Positions 1 through 10,775 of a DNA stretch of 64,000 bases are shown here, piece by piece (the stretch's first letter is position 1; every line of letters begins with the position of its first letter). This DNA comes from Myxococcota bacterium. GTDB taxonomy: Bacteria > Myxococcota_A > Polyangia > Polyangiales > Houyiibacteriaceae. Location: NCBI GenBank assembly GCA_039030515.1, contig JBCCEA010000002.1, positions 163,036 to 227,035 of the forward strand, read 5' to 3'. The notes beneath the pieces are model-generated. The model did not search any database. It saw only the letters and a list, made by a program, of their open reading frames with translations, and was not told where the DNA came from. Both the position numbers and the translations under genes were made by a program.

Positions 1-927
1 CGCAAGCGCCCGACGCACCCTGGGAGCGTCTTTGGCTTGGCACAGAACCTTGACGTGCGGGCCGGCGTCCATGGTGAACCAAGCGGAAATACCGCTGCGT
101 TCGCGCAGTTCACGAACCACAGACATCACCCCCAACGTGGCCGGCAGCCAGTAGTAAATCGGGGGCACGGACGTGATCGCGCAGGTATGAAAGAGCAGCG
201 TGCTCCGTTCCATGGTGGCGCCGAGTTCTTCGAGGTCGCGCGCTCGAACCGCATTCCGGATGCGCCTGGTCCACATCGGCGCCTGCTCGAGCCACGCTGC
301 ATAAACCGGGGAGGTCTTGCGAGAGCGTTCCATGCCTTCAGTCGAGCCGACGGCTTTCGGGCCCAGCGCAGTGCTCGCGACGACAAAACGTACGTCCCAA
401 TGATCGGCGGGAGCCAAAGGACGCGCCGCAATCCGATCGTCCTCACCGGTCGGCAACTCGACAAAACCGCCAAAAAGGGAACGTGCCGCCGAGGCGCTCG
501 AGCGGCGCGCAAGCCGGCTGAGTCGCGTGGGGGACCAGTTGAGCCCAAGCGCTTGAACCGACGCCGAAGCCAAAGCCGCAAACCCAGAGGCGCTCGAAGC
601 GAGCCCTGCCGCGGTAGGAAATCGATTTTCGCTCCGCACCTCCGCAGAGAGGTCGCATCCCACCTCGCTTCGAACGCGATCGAGCATGTCCACCACCCGC
701 TGACGCTCCTTTGGGGAAGCCTCCCGGCGATCCAGGAACACGAGATCAGGCTGCCGATCGGCAAAAAAGCGAACGCGGGTTTTGGTGGTCAAACCTTGTA
801 GGGTGAGGGAGATGCTGGGCACCGCCGGGATATTCTGCTGCAGGTCGGCTTTTCCCCAGTACTTCGCAAGGGCGATATTGGCCTGAGCCGTGGCGGTCGC
901 TGCGCCCATGAGCACACGTCGCGTCAT
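1..927 (-). CDS. mvaD: Diphosphomevalonate decarboxylase (3' end runs off the window)
   Basis: Not in the ORF track. Manual translation from ATG at 927 gives ANIALAKYWGK, FPTAAGLASSASGFAALA and LSRLARRSSASAARSLFGGF, all GHMP/MDD motifs. ATGA overlap with the mvk stop. Confidence 0.93.
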   Translation of the reverse strand, partial: MTRRVLMGAATATAQANIALAKYWGKADLQQNIPAVPSISLTLQGLTTKTRVRFFADRQPDLVFLDRREASPKERQRVVDMLDRVRSEVGCDLSAEVRSENRFPTAAGLASSASGFAALASASVQALGLNWSPTRLSRLARRSSASAARSLFGGFVELPTGEDDRIAARPLAPADHWDVRFVVASTALGPKAVGSTEGMERSRKTSPVYAAWLEQAPMWTRRIRNAVRARDLEELGATMERSTLLFHTCAITSVPPIYYWLPATLGVMSVVRELRERSGISAWFTMDAGPHVKVLCQAKDAPRVRRALA

Positions 928-1982
928 CCGTTCGTCTCCGAATCCGAAGGCCGGCTCCGGAACGCGGGTTCGTCTTCGTCGCTTGAGGAAGCGACACGAC
1001 TTGAGGAAACGATAAAAGCAGGCGCTGGCTCTAGCGCGGCCAAAACGCGCGGGGCATCGTTTGGTTCGACGAGCGCCACCATGCATCCGCCTCCGCCGGC
1101 CCCGGTCAACTTGGCGCCGTACGCGCCGGAGTCTCGAGCGGCCAAACACATCTCCTCGAGACGGCTGGTCGAAAGCATCAGCGAATTGAGCAGGGCCTGA
1201 TTGAGATCCATCAAGGTACCGAGCGTCGACCAGTCGTTCGATTCGATGGCCAACCTACCGTTTCGTACGAGCGCGGCGATCGCCTCGAACGTCTTGTCGA
1301 CGGACTGAGGTTCGCGCGTTCGCAACCGAGCCACGTGCGCGACCATGGCCTTGGTGCTCGATGTTTCTTCGCTGTGGGCAACGACTAGCGTGATCGGACG
1401 TCGAGAAGAGACCTCCTCAAACCCCTGAGCCCGCTGAAACACGCCAATCCCTCCCCGCGCAGACATTTGATGATCGATACCGGACGGATTGCCGTGAAAC
1501 ACCTTCTCCCAGACCAGAGCAGCCTGAGCCACCTGAACGTCGGAGCGCGCTACTCCAATGCATGCATCGATGGCGCGGATGATGGCCACGCCCAGAGCCG
1601 CAGAGCAGCCTAGTCCCGCACCGGCCGGCAACGAGACCTCCGCATGTAAGTGAACGCTGGGTCGATCTTCGGGATAGCTCGCCAGTACGTGCGCCAATGC
1701 GCTCGCGAGCAGCGACTGGGGTTCGGTCTGGGCAGCGTCTTCTGCGCTGGTGGAATCCGTAGAGCCCTCATCCAACAAACGCGGAGTGATCGCGACCTGC
1801 CAAGGCTCCACCGTCAGCAGGTCTTGGGTCGCCAGCGCGGCGGTTGCCCGAACGCCGCGATCGATCGACATCGCAATCGCAGGGTGCCCGTAAACCACCC
1901 CGTGCTCCCCGAGGAGGATCACCTTGCCGCGCCCTTCTACCGCGTTGTCTGATCGATCCATCGACATGGCCTGGGGAACCAT
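924..1982 (-). CDS. mvk: Mevalonate kinase
   Basis: GKVILLGEHGVVYG, PAGAGLGCSAA, HGNPSGID and GAKLTGAGGGG motifs; adjacent to mvaD. Confidence 0.92.
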   Translation of the reverse strand: MVPQAMSMDRSDNAVEGRGKVILLGEHGVVYGHPAIAMSIDRGVRATAALATQDLLTVEPWQVAITPRLLDEGSTDSTSAEDAAQTEPQSLLASALAHVLASYPEDRPSVHLHAEVSLPAGAGLGCSAALGVAIIRAIDACIGVARSDVQVAQAALVWEKVFHGNPSGIDHQMSARGGIGVFQRAQGFEEVSSRRPITLVVAHSEETSSTKAMVAHVARLRTREPQSVDKTFEAIAALVRNGRLAIESNDWSTLGTLMDLNQALLNSLMLSTSRLEEMCLAARDSGAYGAKLTGAGGGGCMVALVEPNDAPRVLAALEPAPAFIVSSSRVASSSDEDEPAFRSRPSDSETNG

Positions 1983-2104
1983 AGTTCACTTTCGGGGATA
2001 TCTGCCGGGATTCGCTCTTGGTTTTCTGTGCGAAGGACGGCTGCGCGAAGGACGGCTGCGCAAGAGGTGGTTGCACGCGGGCGATCGCACGGCGCGCGCG
2101 CAGG

Positions 2105-3154
2105 TCAATGCGCTCGGTTGCCGACCTGACGGGTGATTTCCTGCATCGCCTCGATTCCTGCGAGCCTTAGATCGGCGCCCTCGAGTAGGGCGTAGGCTTC
2201 CTCAAGACACCGTTCGAGCTCCGCGGTGACTCGATCTTTTGCGCCACTCGATTCGAGTAGGGCGCGCACCTCATGCAGGGCGTCGTCGTTCGTGACCTCG
2301 CTCTCGAGAACCTGTCGCACTCGGCGCAGGTCGCCAGGGGACGCAGCGGCTTCAAACGCGGCGATGAGCGAGGTCCGCTTGCCCTGCCTCAAGTCGTTGC
2401 CCACCGGTTTTCCCATCGCACGGGAATCGCCAAAAGTTCCCAACAGGTCGTCTTTGAGCTGAAAAGCAAGACCCACCGGCGCTGCCCATCGCTCCAGCGC
2501 GTTTAGTTGATTCTCGTTGGCGTTCCCCAACAAAGCACCCAAGCGCAAAGGCCCGCGCACCGTGTAGCTACCGGTTTTCAACTGCTGCATCAGCCGCACA
2601 TCTTGGTAGCAAACGAGATCCAAATGCTGGCCCATGTAGACCTGCTTTTGCATTTGTAGAAAGGTTTGGTCCGCTTGTGGACGCGCAGACGCAGAAAAAG
2701 GGGCGCCTAAATGCAGCTCCCAGGCGAGGGTCGCGCCGAGATCACCGCATAAGATCGCCAACGCCGCACCCAGGTGGGTTCCGTAGCGCGACCCGAGAGA
2801 CGCATGCGCTGCCGGACCACCTCGACGCTCAAGATCGCAATCCATCCAGTCGTCGTGAATCAAGAGGTAGCTCTGCAGGAGCTCGACCGAGGCAGCCTCC
2901 TGCGCGATGACGGAGAGCGCGCCCTCGCTCACCGCTTGAAATCCCGCAGCCATGATCACGGCCCGGATGCGTTTGCCGCCTCGAAGCGTGATCGCCGCAA
3001 GCTCATCGACCAGCTCGGCGGAGGCAGGAGCCGTCTGAAGTACTTCGCAGCGTTTTTCTTCCAGAAAGGACTCGAGCCGGGACGTCACCGTCTTGCGGAC
3101 CGTTTCGATGAGGTTCGAGCTGCTCACGTGTACACCCCAAAAGGGGCGCAGCAT
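2105..3154 (-). CDS. Polyprenyl (GGPP/FPP-type) diphosphate synthase
   Basis: GGKRIR, LIHDDWMD..RRG, KTGSY, AFQLKDD and GKPVGNDLRQGKRT motifs. Real start may be GTG at 3127. Confidence 0.92.
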   Translation of the reverse strand: MLRPFWGVHVSSSNLIETVRKTVTSRLESFLEEKRCEVLQTAPASAELVDELAAITLRGGKRIRAVIMAAGFQAVSEGALSVIAQEAASVELLQSYLLIHDDWMDCDLERRGGPAAHASLGSRYGTHLGAALAILCGDLGATLAWELHLGAPFSASARPQADQTFLQMQKQVYMGQHLDLVCYQDVRLMQQLKTGSYTVRGPLRLGALLGNANENQLNALERWAAPVGLAFQLKDDLLGTFGDSRAMGKPVGNDLRQGKRTSLIAAFEAAASPGDLRRVRQVLESEVTNDDALHEVRALLESSGAKDRVTAELERCLEEAYALLEGADLRLAGIEAMQEITRQVGNRAH

Positions 3155-3418
3155 TCATGAAACAATGTATTGTAAGTCATCGAGATTACTTGCAGAAAGG
3201 GCAACGCTTTTCAAAAATAGCGTCCGGAGAGATGACGGCTACAGACGCGTCGTGCTCCGCAGGCTGTCGCTGCCGTAAAGAGGGCTGTCGCTCTTGTAAA
3301 GAGATACGCGGAGCTCGATATTCCTGGGACCGAGAATTTTTGTATCGGCGTCATGATGGTGGGTGGTGCGTTCCACGGAATCTTGCAGCGTACCGTTCTG
3401 CTCCAATAGCATCCTTTC

Positions 3419-4858
3419 ATGACGCGTCAGATCCTTTTGGTGTGGACCCTCCTGCTCGGATCGCAAGGCACGGCCGCCCTCGCTCAGGACCTCGAGATAC
3501 CCCTCGGGCAGTTCTCGGCAAACGCGTTTAATCCGGCCCCCGGCCCGAGCAACTACCTCGGCGTCGACGGGATCCAAATCGGTGAACACCTTGCATGGAG
3601 CCTTGGAACCTGGGCGGACTACCAATCCCGCTCGATGGTTGTGGACACCTTTTGCGAGCGGCTCTCGGGGATTCCCTGCGCGCTCAACGGCACAGAGGCG
3701 ACCGTAGTCGAACACCTTTTTGTAGTGCATGTGGTGCCCACGCTGGCGCTTGCCGGTCGCATTCAACTCGCGGTCGACCTCCCGATGGCTACGGTGGACA
3801 ACAATGCGCTCGAATTTCGGGAGGGAACATCCCTCGTCCGGACCTCAGGAGGAACGACCACCGGACTCGGCGACATTCGATTTCACGTCAAGGGCGAAAT
3901 CTGGAGCTTGCTGGAAGACCAATTGAGCTTCGGCTTTGCCGGCTACTTCTTTGCGCCCACAGGTCGCGCCACGCTAGACGAGCGATTTGTGGGCGAAGAC
4001 GGGGTATCCACCGGAGGTCACCTGATCGCAGAGTACTTGAGCCCGGTGCTTCGAGCGGCGGTCAACGTGGGTGGAATCTACCGGCCTAGTGAAACCTTCA
4101 TCGGCAACGATACCGGTCCTCAACTCACCTATGCCGGAGCTCTCGGGTTTCGGCCAATCCGGCCGATCGAACTTCTCGCGGAATTGGCGGGACAGAGTAG
4201 CTTTGGTGGCTCCGACGAGAAGCTCGAGGCGCGCGCGGGAGCACGGGGTCATCTTGGGCCGATGGAGGTGAGCGTTGCTTCGGGCGCCGGCATCGTGAGA
4301 GGGCCAGGCACACCCTACTACCGGATTCTATTCGGGGTCAGCTACTCGCCGGAGCCCTTCGTCGACTCTGACCTGGACGGCATTGGAGACCACATCGACA
4401 GCTGCCCCTCCCTTGCCGAGGACGTCGACGACTTCATGGATGAAGACGGATGCCCCGATGAGGACAACGACGACGATCGCTTCCCCGACCAACTCGATGA
4501 ATGCCCGAACGAAGCCGAGGATCTAGATTCTTTTGAAGACGAGGACGGATGTCCCGAGGAAGACAACGATCTCGACGGGATTCGAGATGGATACGACTCC
4601 TGCCCGAACACGCCGGAAGACCTGGACGGAGATCGAGATCACGACGGCTGCCCTGATAACGACCGTGACCGCGACGGGGTACCAGACGACGTCGATCAAT
4701 GTCCAAGCGAAGCTGAAGATACCGACGGACTGGCCGATTTAGACGGGTGCCCTGAGTCCGACTTTGACGAGGACGGGATTTTGGACATTCGGGATGAATG
4801 CCCCGAGGAGCCCGAAGACATCGACCAGCGTGACGACCAAGATGGATGTCCCGATTGA
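3419..4858 (+). CDS. Secreted/outer-membrane protein with thrombospondin type-3 (DxDxDGxxDxxDxCP) repeats; TraB/OmpA-family-like but without an OmpA domain
   Basis: Signal peptide, beta-rich N-terminal region, then tandem EDxDGxxDxDGCP(E/D) repeats up to the stop. Confidence 0.75.
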   Translation: MTRQILLVWTLLLGSQGTAALAQDLEIPLGQFSANAFNPAPGPSNYLGVDGIQIGEHLAWSLGTWADYQSRSMVVDTFCERLSGIPCALNGTEATVVEHLFVVHVVPTLALAGRIQLAVDLPMATVDNNALEFREGTSLVRTSGGTTTGLGDIRFHVKGEIWSLLEDQLSFGFAGYFFAPTGRATLDERFVGEDGVSTGGHLIAEYLSPVLRAAVNVGGIYRPSETFIGNDTGPQLTYAGALGFRPIRPIELLAELAGQSSFGGSDEKLEARAGARGHLGPMEVSVASGAGIVRGPGTPYYRILFGVSYSPEPFVDSDLDGIGDHIDSCPSLAEDVDDFMDEDGCPDEDNDDDRFPDQLDECPNEAEDLDSFEDEDGCPEEDNDLDGIRDGYDSCPNTPEDLDGDRDHDGCPDNDRDRDGVPDDVDQCPSEAEDTDGLADLDGCPESDFDEDGILDIRDECPEEPEDIDQRDDQDGCPD

Positions 4859-4951
4859 CCACATAGACGCCCGGACCCGCGACATGACCTGAGCCTGTAC
4901 GCAGGCATCTTACAGCTTGCCAATCCGAGAGGAGGCCCCTATCAGCCTGAG

Positions 4952-5995
<1,044 letters not shown>

Positions 5996-6215
5996 TCGCT
6001 CAGCAAGCTGCGGTGCGCTCCAGGAACGCGGTTCTGCGTGAGAGATTTTAAGTCGGTGAATCCCTTCGTGTGGCCAGATTTGACCAGAGCGCCCGGTGAT
6101 TCATTAGGTCAATGATTGTAGCGACTTGTACCGGCCCCGCATGTGACCAGCAAGTCCCTTCAAGCACCCCGGTTGACCTCACGTTGGACACATTTTGGGC
6201 ACACTCGCGATGACC

Positions 6216-7115
6216 TCATGGGGTCCATGACCACGACTCCGCGTCCCAGGTGCCCACCGTCTCGCCTCCGAGGATCTGATCGAGAAAGGCGGATGCCGCT
6301 TCGCTGACCTCCGCCAGCGTTGTCCATGGCAGGCTGTCCCGCTCGGCCATCGCTGCGTATGGCCGCTCCCAGTCTGGTGATGGCTTGGGCAGCGACGTCG
6401 GAAGTTCGTGAGTGTCGCGTCGCTGGAAGGTCTGCTTCAAGGCCTCGCGGAGTTTGGCCGGATCGATGTCCCCGGCACCGGCGAGAAGCGCAATGTCTGG
6501 AAGATCTTTGACCCGTGAGTTTGGGCGGTCGCGGGGCATCGTGTACGCATGCAACTTCTCAGCGATGTGCGATGCGAGTGGATAGAGCTTGAGGGTGGGC
6601 GGAGAGATCCCGGCAAAAGCGAGCTTGTCTTCGACCTGGATGGTGTCGGGCTCTCCCACGAGCGGATCGCCGAAGGCTGCGTCCACCCCGAACGCCTGCC
6701 CATACACCTTGCCTCCTAGGCGACACTCAGCCTTGAACCGATATCCTTCGTAGATGATGCCATCGCCGGTGATCTCTGGAAGGTATGCGTCGGGCTGCAC
6801 GAGAAAGGTCATGTAGTCGCCGAGGTCCAATTGCCCAGCCTGTTGCAACGCCTCAAGGATCTCATCGGACGACCCGCTCATGCGTAAATCAATGTCCTTG
6901 GTCGTGCGTGCGCGTTCGAGCCGGAGTTCTAGTACCAACCCACCCTTCAAGATGACTGCATCCCCCATGGCCTGAGTCACTCTTGCGAGGAAGCGGTCGA
7001 AGACCAGCAGCTGACGACGACGGTTGAGGTCAGCTCCACCGTCGGGCGCTTGCTTGAGCCGTTGTTCGAGCGCGGTCTTGAACGCGATGGGAGTCTGGTA
7101 GCTGCGCACCGTCAT
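6216..7115 (-). CDS. AbiEii-family nucleotidyltransferase toxin (type IV TA)
   Basis: ILKGGLVLELRL..ARTTKDIDL, AEKLHA and SRVKDLPDI motifs; ATGA-coupled to the upstream AbiEi. Confidence 0.88.
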   Translation of the reverse strand: MTVRSYQTPIAFKTALEQRLKQAPDGGADLNRRRQLLVFDRFLARVTQAMGDAVILKGGLVLELRLERARTTKDIDLRMSGSSDEILEALQQAGQLDLGDYMTFLVQPDAYLPEITGDGIIYEGYRFKAECRLGGKVYGQAFGVDAAFGDPLVGEPDTIQVEDKLAFAGISPPTLKLYPLASHIAEKLHAYTMPRDRPNSRVKDLPDIALLAGAGDIDPAKLREALKQTFQRRDTHELPTSLPKPSPDWERPYAAMAERDSLPWTTLAEVSEAASAFLDQILGGETVGTWDAESWSWTP

Positions 7116-7690
7116 GCTTTGCCACTCGCCATCTTCGACAGTTTGGTCGCAGTTGCTCTTGTGACCAGACCACGGTCCTTCGCTTGGGCGATGGCCTGCT
7201 CCACGAGATCAGGCTGAACATGCAGCTCGATGCAGTCTTCGACGGTGCGCTTCGGTTTGGTCACCGGCACAGGCCCAACCCACGAACGATCAGTGTCTAG
7301 AATGTCGGCGAAGTGGAGAACGATTCCCGTCGGGGCGCGTAGACGGCGCGATGCCCAAGACTCTGGAAGGGTGAGGTGTTGCTGAGCGGGGAGCGCATCA
7401 GACAGCTCATGCAGATTGAGTGCGGTCTCCCCGGAGTAGACCCCCGCGCATTCCGTCCAGAGCCAGTAGACGACCAGCTCTTCGTGCTCGCTGGGTGGGA
7501 AATGGGTCAGTCGGTAGATCCCGCGCCGCACCCGCTCGATGCGTTTGGAGAGCAGATACTTCTGCAGCCGTTGGGGGTAGAAGCCGATCTCGTCAGCTTG
7601 TTGGGCGCTAAAGTGGCCAGATTGCCCCTCTGCAAGCTCGTAGAGGTCATCCCAGCCGGTTTCTGGGGCTGATTTGGGGCTCGTTGCCAT
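7112..7690 (-). CDS. AbiEi-family antitoxin/transcriptional regulator
   Basis: LAEGQSGHFS, IERVRRGIYRL, SGETALNLHELSD and VPVTKPKRTVEDC motifs. Confidence 0.88.
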   Translation of the reverse strand: MATSPKSAPETGWDDLYELAEGQSGHFSAQQADEIGFYPQRLQKYLLSKRIERVRRGIYRLTHFPPSEHEELVVYWLWTECAGVYSGETALNLHELSDALPAQQHLTLPESWASRRLRAPTGIVLHFADILDTDRSWVGPVPVTKPKRTVEDCIELHVQPDLVEQAIAQAKDRGLVTRATATKLSKMASGKA

Positions 7691-7693
7691 CCT

Positions 7694-7724
7694 CACGAAT
7701 ATAAACCATTGGTTTATGTTCGTG
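7694..7724. promoter_or_regulatory. 15-bp inverted repeat upstream of abiEi, likely autoregulatory operator
   Basis: CACGAATATAAACCA-T-TGGTTTATGTTCGTG (1 mismatch). AbiEi proteins are known to bind promoter inverted repeats. Confidence 0.7.
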
Positions 7725-8315
7725 CAACGTGCTCAGCCTGCTTTGCTTCGGCTAACTCCCGTCGGATCTCCGCTCGGCGCAACCGGATCACCACCTTTAC
7801 GGCTGCTCTGGCCTCTTCCCGCGAAAGCACGGGTGAACCACGGGCTTCGTCGGTATCGGCGGGGCGGGAAGCTTGCTCTCGTTCTCCCGCCGGAGTCCCT
7901 CGACCACCTGAGTCAGTCAAACGATTCCAGAGATGGCGCTATCGAAAGTCTTTGGTTCAAAATCACCCGCACGAAGTCGATGCACGATGGTGTCACGAAC
8001 CTCTTCGAGCGCGCTGATCTCCTCCACCCGCTTGGCAGCATGCCGCGCGCTTAACTCCGCCAGAGCCTTCTTGGCCACCGCTTCGCGATATTCGCTCCGC
8101 TTCTCGGCCCATCTTCCTTCAACGCTGCTCCGTTCCAGCGTTCTGAGCGAGACCGTCCCAATCTCTGGATGCAACTCATGGAGTGCAGCGAGACTTCGCG
8201 TTCCCGTGACATACAGCGTCTCGGCGGCAAGTTTCGCTGTCACCGAGTCGATCACGACGGGCTGTCGCTTGCTACGTCGAGCCTTGGACTCGGCTGGGGT
8301 GAGCTTCTTCCTCAT
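7714..8315 (-). pseudogene. Disrupted phage-like HTH/coiled-coil gene (terminase small subunit-like)
   Basis: YVTGTRSLAALHELHPEIGTVSLRTLERSSVEGRWAEKRSEY resembles TerS N-termini. The frame continues past the TGA at 7917 (LTQVVEGLRRENESK), then appears to frameshift. Confidence 0.4.
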
Positions 8316-8333
8316 TGCAACCGCATCTTACCG

Positions 8334-9377
8334 TCAGGAAACCGGCAGATCACCGTCAGACGCGCTCTTGGGCCAGTGGATTGGCTCGTCGCTCCCCTCG
8401 CAAGGAGTGTATTTTGGTTCCGCATCCTTGTGAACCAGCGGCGAGAAGCGGCTACGTTCGTGCTCCTCGTGAATCAATCCGACCATCAACGACGGGCCCG
8501 AATCAGAGAAGTGCCAATTCACTGCCTTGCATCCAGATTCGTCCCGCCTGAAGTACGAATCAGATCCGTTTGGCCAGTGAACCTTCCAGCCACAAAGCAG
8601 CCCTGCGTCGTCGACGAGAAACTCCAAAAGCCCCTTCAGGCCCGGATCATAGGGAAGCACCTGCCCCCTCGATTGCGCCAAACTCCCGCGAATGTGCTCC
8701 TCGACAGAAAAGAACCTGTCGTAGAAGGTCTCGGCCTCGGTAAGAATCTCATCTATGCGCTCCAGCGGCACATAGGGGACCATAACATTCCCACCGGCCT
8801 TCTCGGGTATGCACCCTGACCGCATGCAGAAACGCTTTCCGTCTAGAGCGTAGTCGGCGTGTTGAATCGCGTTGCGAAGTTCGCGGAAGTAGAAGCGGCC
8901 GAAGATCTCGGAAGCTGGCGTCACACCTGCCTTTGCCGCAAGGCTATCCATCTTCTGGAGCTTGCTACTAAGGGGGACACTGGGAATTCCGAACGGGAGC
9001 TGCCTTCCCTCTCTCTCTGCCTTCTCCATCCGCTTCCTCAGGTCTACAAACGGCGAAAGCGAGTACGAGAGTCCGCATTTCAGTCGCAGCAAGTTCGCCA
9101 TCACGAACAACGGCCCATCCATCTCCACAAGCTGCGCATAGCCGACCAAGCGCAGCCTCCAGCGCGTCAACTCAGGTTCGTCAAAGCCATGCTGCTCAAG
9201 TGGCAAGCTCCGAAGCATGCGTAGATCCCGAGTTAAGTCTCGGGATTCCATAAGCGGATCCGTTCGTGGTCCGTCCATGCCCGCAGAGCGAGTCAACACG
9301 CAAGCTAGGTGCAGCGGGTCGACCGCCTCCATCTCCGCCAGCGATGCTAGCCAATCATGGTAAGGGGCTTCGGCCAC
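8334..9377 (-). CDS. Hypothetical protein with a HEPN-type RxxxxH motif
   Basis: 347 aa ORF containing ELRNAIQHADY; lies within a defence-island context. Confidence 0.55.
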   Translation of the reverse strand: MAEAPYHDWLASLAEMEAVDPLHLACVLTRSAGMDGPRTDPLMESRDLTRDLRMLRSLPLEQHGFDEPELTRWRLRLVGYAQLVEMDGPLFVMANLLRLKCGLSYSLSPFVDLRKRMEKAEREGRQLPFGIPSVPLSSKLQKMDSLAAKAGVTPASEIFGRFYFRELRNAIQHADYALDGKRFCMRSGCIPEKAGGNVMVPYVPLERIDEILTEAETFYDRFFSVEEHIRGSLAQSRGQVLPYDPGLKGLLEFLVDDAGLLCGWKVHWPNGSDSYFRRDESGCKAVNWHFSDSGPSLMVGLIHEEHERSRFSPLVHKDAEPKYTPCEGSDEPIHWPKSASDGDLPVS

Positions 9378-9385
9378 GGCGTTGG

Positions 9386-9600
9386 CTACTCCGCATCCTC
9401 TGAGTATTCATCGAGTACTGTGTCGGACAGATGCCCCAGGTGAGGTAGCTCGGCGACCTCACGGATTGCATCGTACGACAGAAAGGTGCAGAGCTTGGCC
9501 AAGGGTCGTCGCTCTAGCAGTGAGAAAACAGGGCGCTGAATCTCGTCGAACACCTTCTGCTTGCGCGCCTCTGGAGCAACGATATGCGCGACACACCGTA
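9386..9600 (-). pseudogene. C-terminal fragment of a PD-(D/E)XK nuclease-type protein (EVE-associated family)
   Basis: HIVAPEARKQKVFDEIQRPVFSLLE..TFLSYDAIRE..LSDTVLDEYSE recalled as this family's C-terminus; N-terminus absent. Confidence 0.45.
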
Positions 9601-9711
9601 CTGGGTACGGTCGTCTGAGCCTGCTGGCGGGCGCTGTGACCTGGACGCGTCCTGGACAACTCGTACCAGGTACGGTGACGTTAGAGGCCGCGACGTGGAT
9701 AGGAGGCGTCT

Positions 9712-10317
9712 TCAAACCATCGCCTCCATGTAGGGCTTCATGAGCCGATACACTCGGTCGGCCTTTGCAGCCTCAAGCAGTTCATCCACGGTACCCACGC
9801 GTTTTCCGAGGTAGTCGCGAAGCGCCTGAAGCGCGACCTCAAGACCCACATGACGACGGTACCGAAAACAGTCAGCCACCGTCTTCGTAGGTGTCGTAAG
9901 CTTCACGGTCACGCCGTCGATCTCTCGCTCGACCACACCGTAAGTCCAAGCAGCACCACTGGCGCGAACTATCTCAAGCTTTGGAGAGTTGACTTTAGGC
10001 GTCCACGACGACTTCGCGATCATAACCCACACAGCATGCGGAAGCTCCGTGGTCAGCTCATGGGCCTGGAGCGCACTCAGCAGACAGATCACACCATGCG
10101 GAACGCGAACCGCGACCTGGGCAAGGGTGTGCAGCTCTGACACGTCCTGACCAGCCAGCTGATAGAGCCCACGGTCGACTTGCTCAAGCTCCCCGCGATC
10201 ACACAGTCGCTTCAGGTATACGCGAGGGATTCCCGCAACAGCGAGATCACGAGGGCGAATGGGCCGAGCTGATGCCAACCTGAGAAGTCGGACTCTATGG
10301 GTCTCTTCGCTGCTCAT
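9712..10317 (-). CDS. Orphan AbiEi-family antitoxin
   Basis: IRPRDL..GIPRVYL..LEQVDRGLY, GVICLLSALQAHELTT and KTVADCFRYRRHVGLEVALQAL motifs; no AbiEii follows. Confidence 0.85.
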   Translation of the reverse strand: MSSEETHRVRLLRLASARPIRPRDLAVAGIPRVYLKRLCDRGELEQVDRGLYQLAGQDVSELHTLAQVAVRVPHGVICLLSALQAHELTTELPHAVWVMIAKSSWTPKVNSPKLEIVRASGAAWTYGVVEREIDGVTVKLTTPTKTVADCFRYRRHVGLEVALQALRDYLGKRVGTVDELLEAAKADRVYRLMKPYMEAMV

Positions 10318-10364
10318 GATACATATCCTTATTCGTCACGAATAATAGTATGGATTTTGTAACA
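10317..10364. promoter_or_regulatory. Nested inverted repeats upstream of the second abiEi
   Basis: TGATACATATCC...GGATTTTGTAACA encloses TTATTCG-TCA-CGAATAA. Confidence 0.5.
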
Positions 10365-10539
10365 CACTGCGAGTATTTGTACTTCCCCACAGACAGCTTA
10401 GGGTGCCTAACGATTCCAGACATCGCTGGAGCCGCCGAGAGCGAGGACGATGGTAGGGCGACATTCTTCGCCTATCCGAAGTGGTTTGATAGCCATATCC
10501 AGCCGCAGTTCGGAAAGCGTCACTACACGCTCACTGGAC

Positions 10540-10680
10540 AAGGACGAACCCGCACGACGATTTCGGTCCTTTCGCTACCGAACCTTGAACTCGTGGTCCC
10601 GTTCACGTCGCGTGGTGGGCAAGGCGGAACACCTCGACAAGGGAAGCAATCCTCGCTTTGTTGTCACCTCGCTCCGCTCC
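10540..10680 (+). mobile_element. IS1380-family transposase fragment
   Basis: PARRFRSFRYRTLNSWSRSRRVVGKAEHLDKGSNPRFVVTSL, a characteristic IS1380 segment. Confidence 0.75.
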
Positions 10681-10775
10681 CCTCCCTTAGGCCGCACGAC
10701 TCCATCTCGACGTAGATGCAGGGACCGCTTGGCCCGCTTCCGTACCATCAACCCTGACGTCGTGACGGATCCGGG

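Noticed and set aside
37..801. 254 aa plus-strand ORF and 212 aa minus-strand ORF
   Set aside because: Shadow frames of mvaD, which the ORF track missed because it runs off the window.
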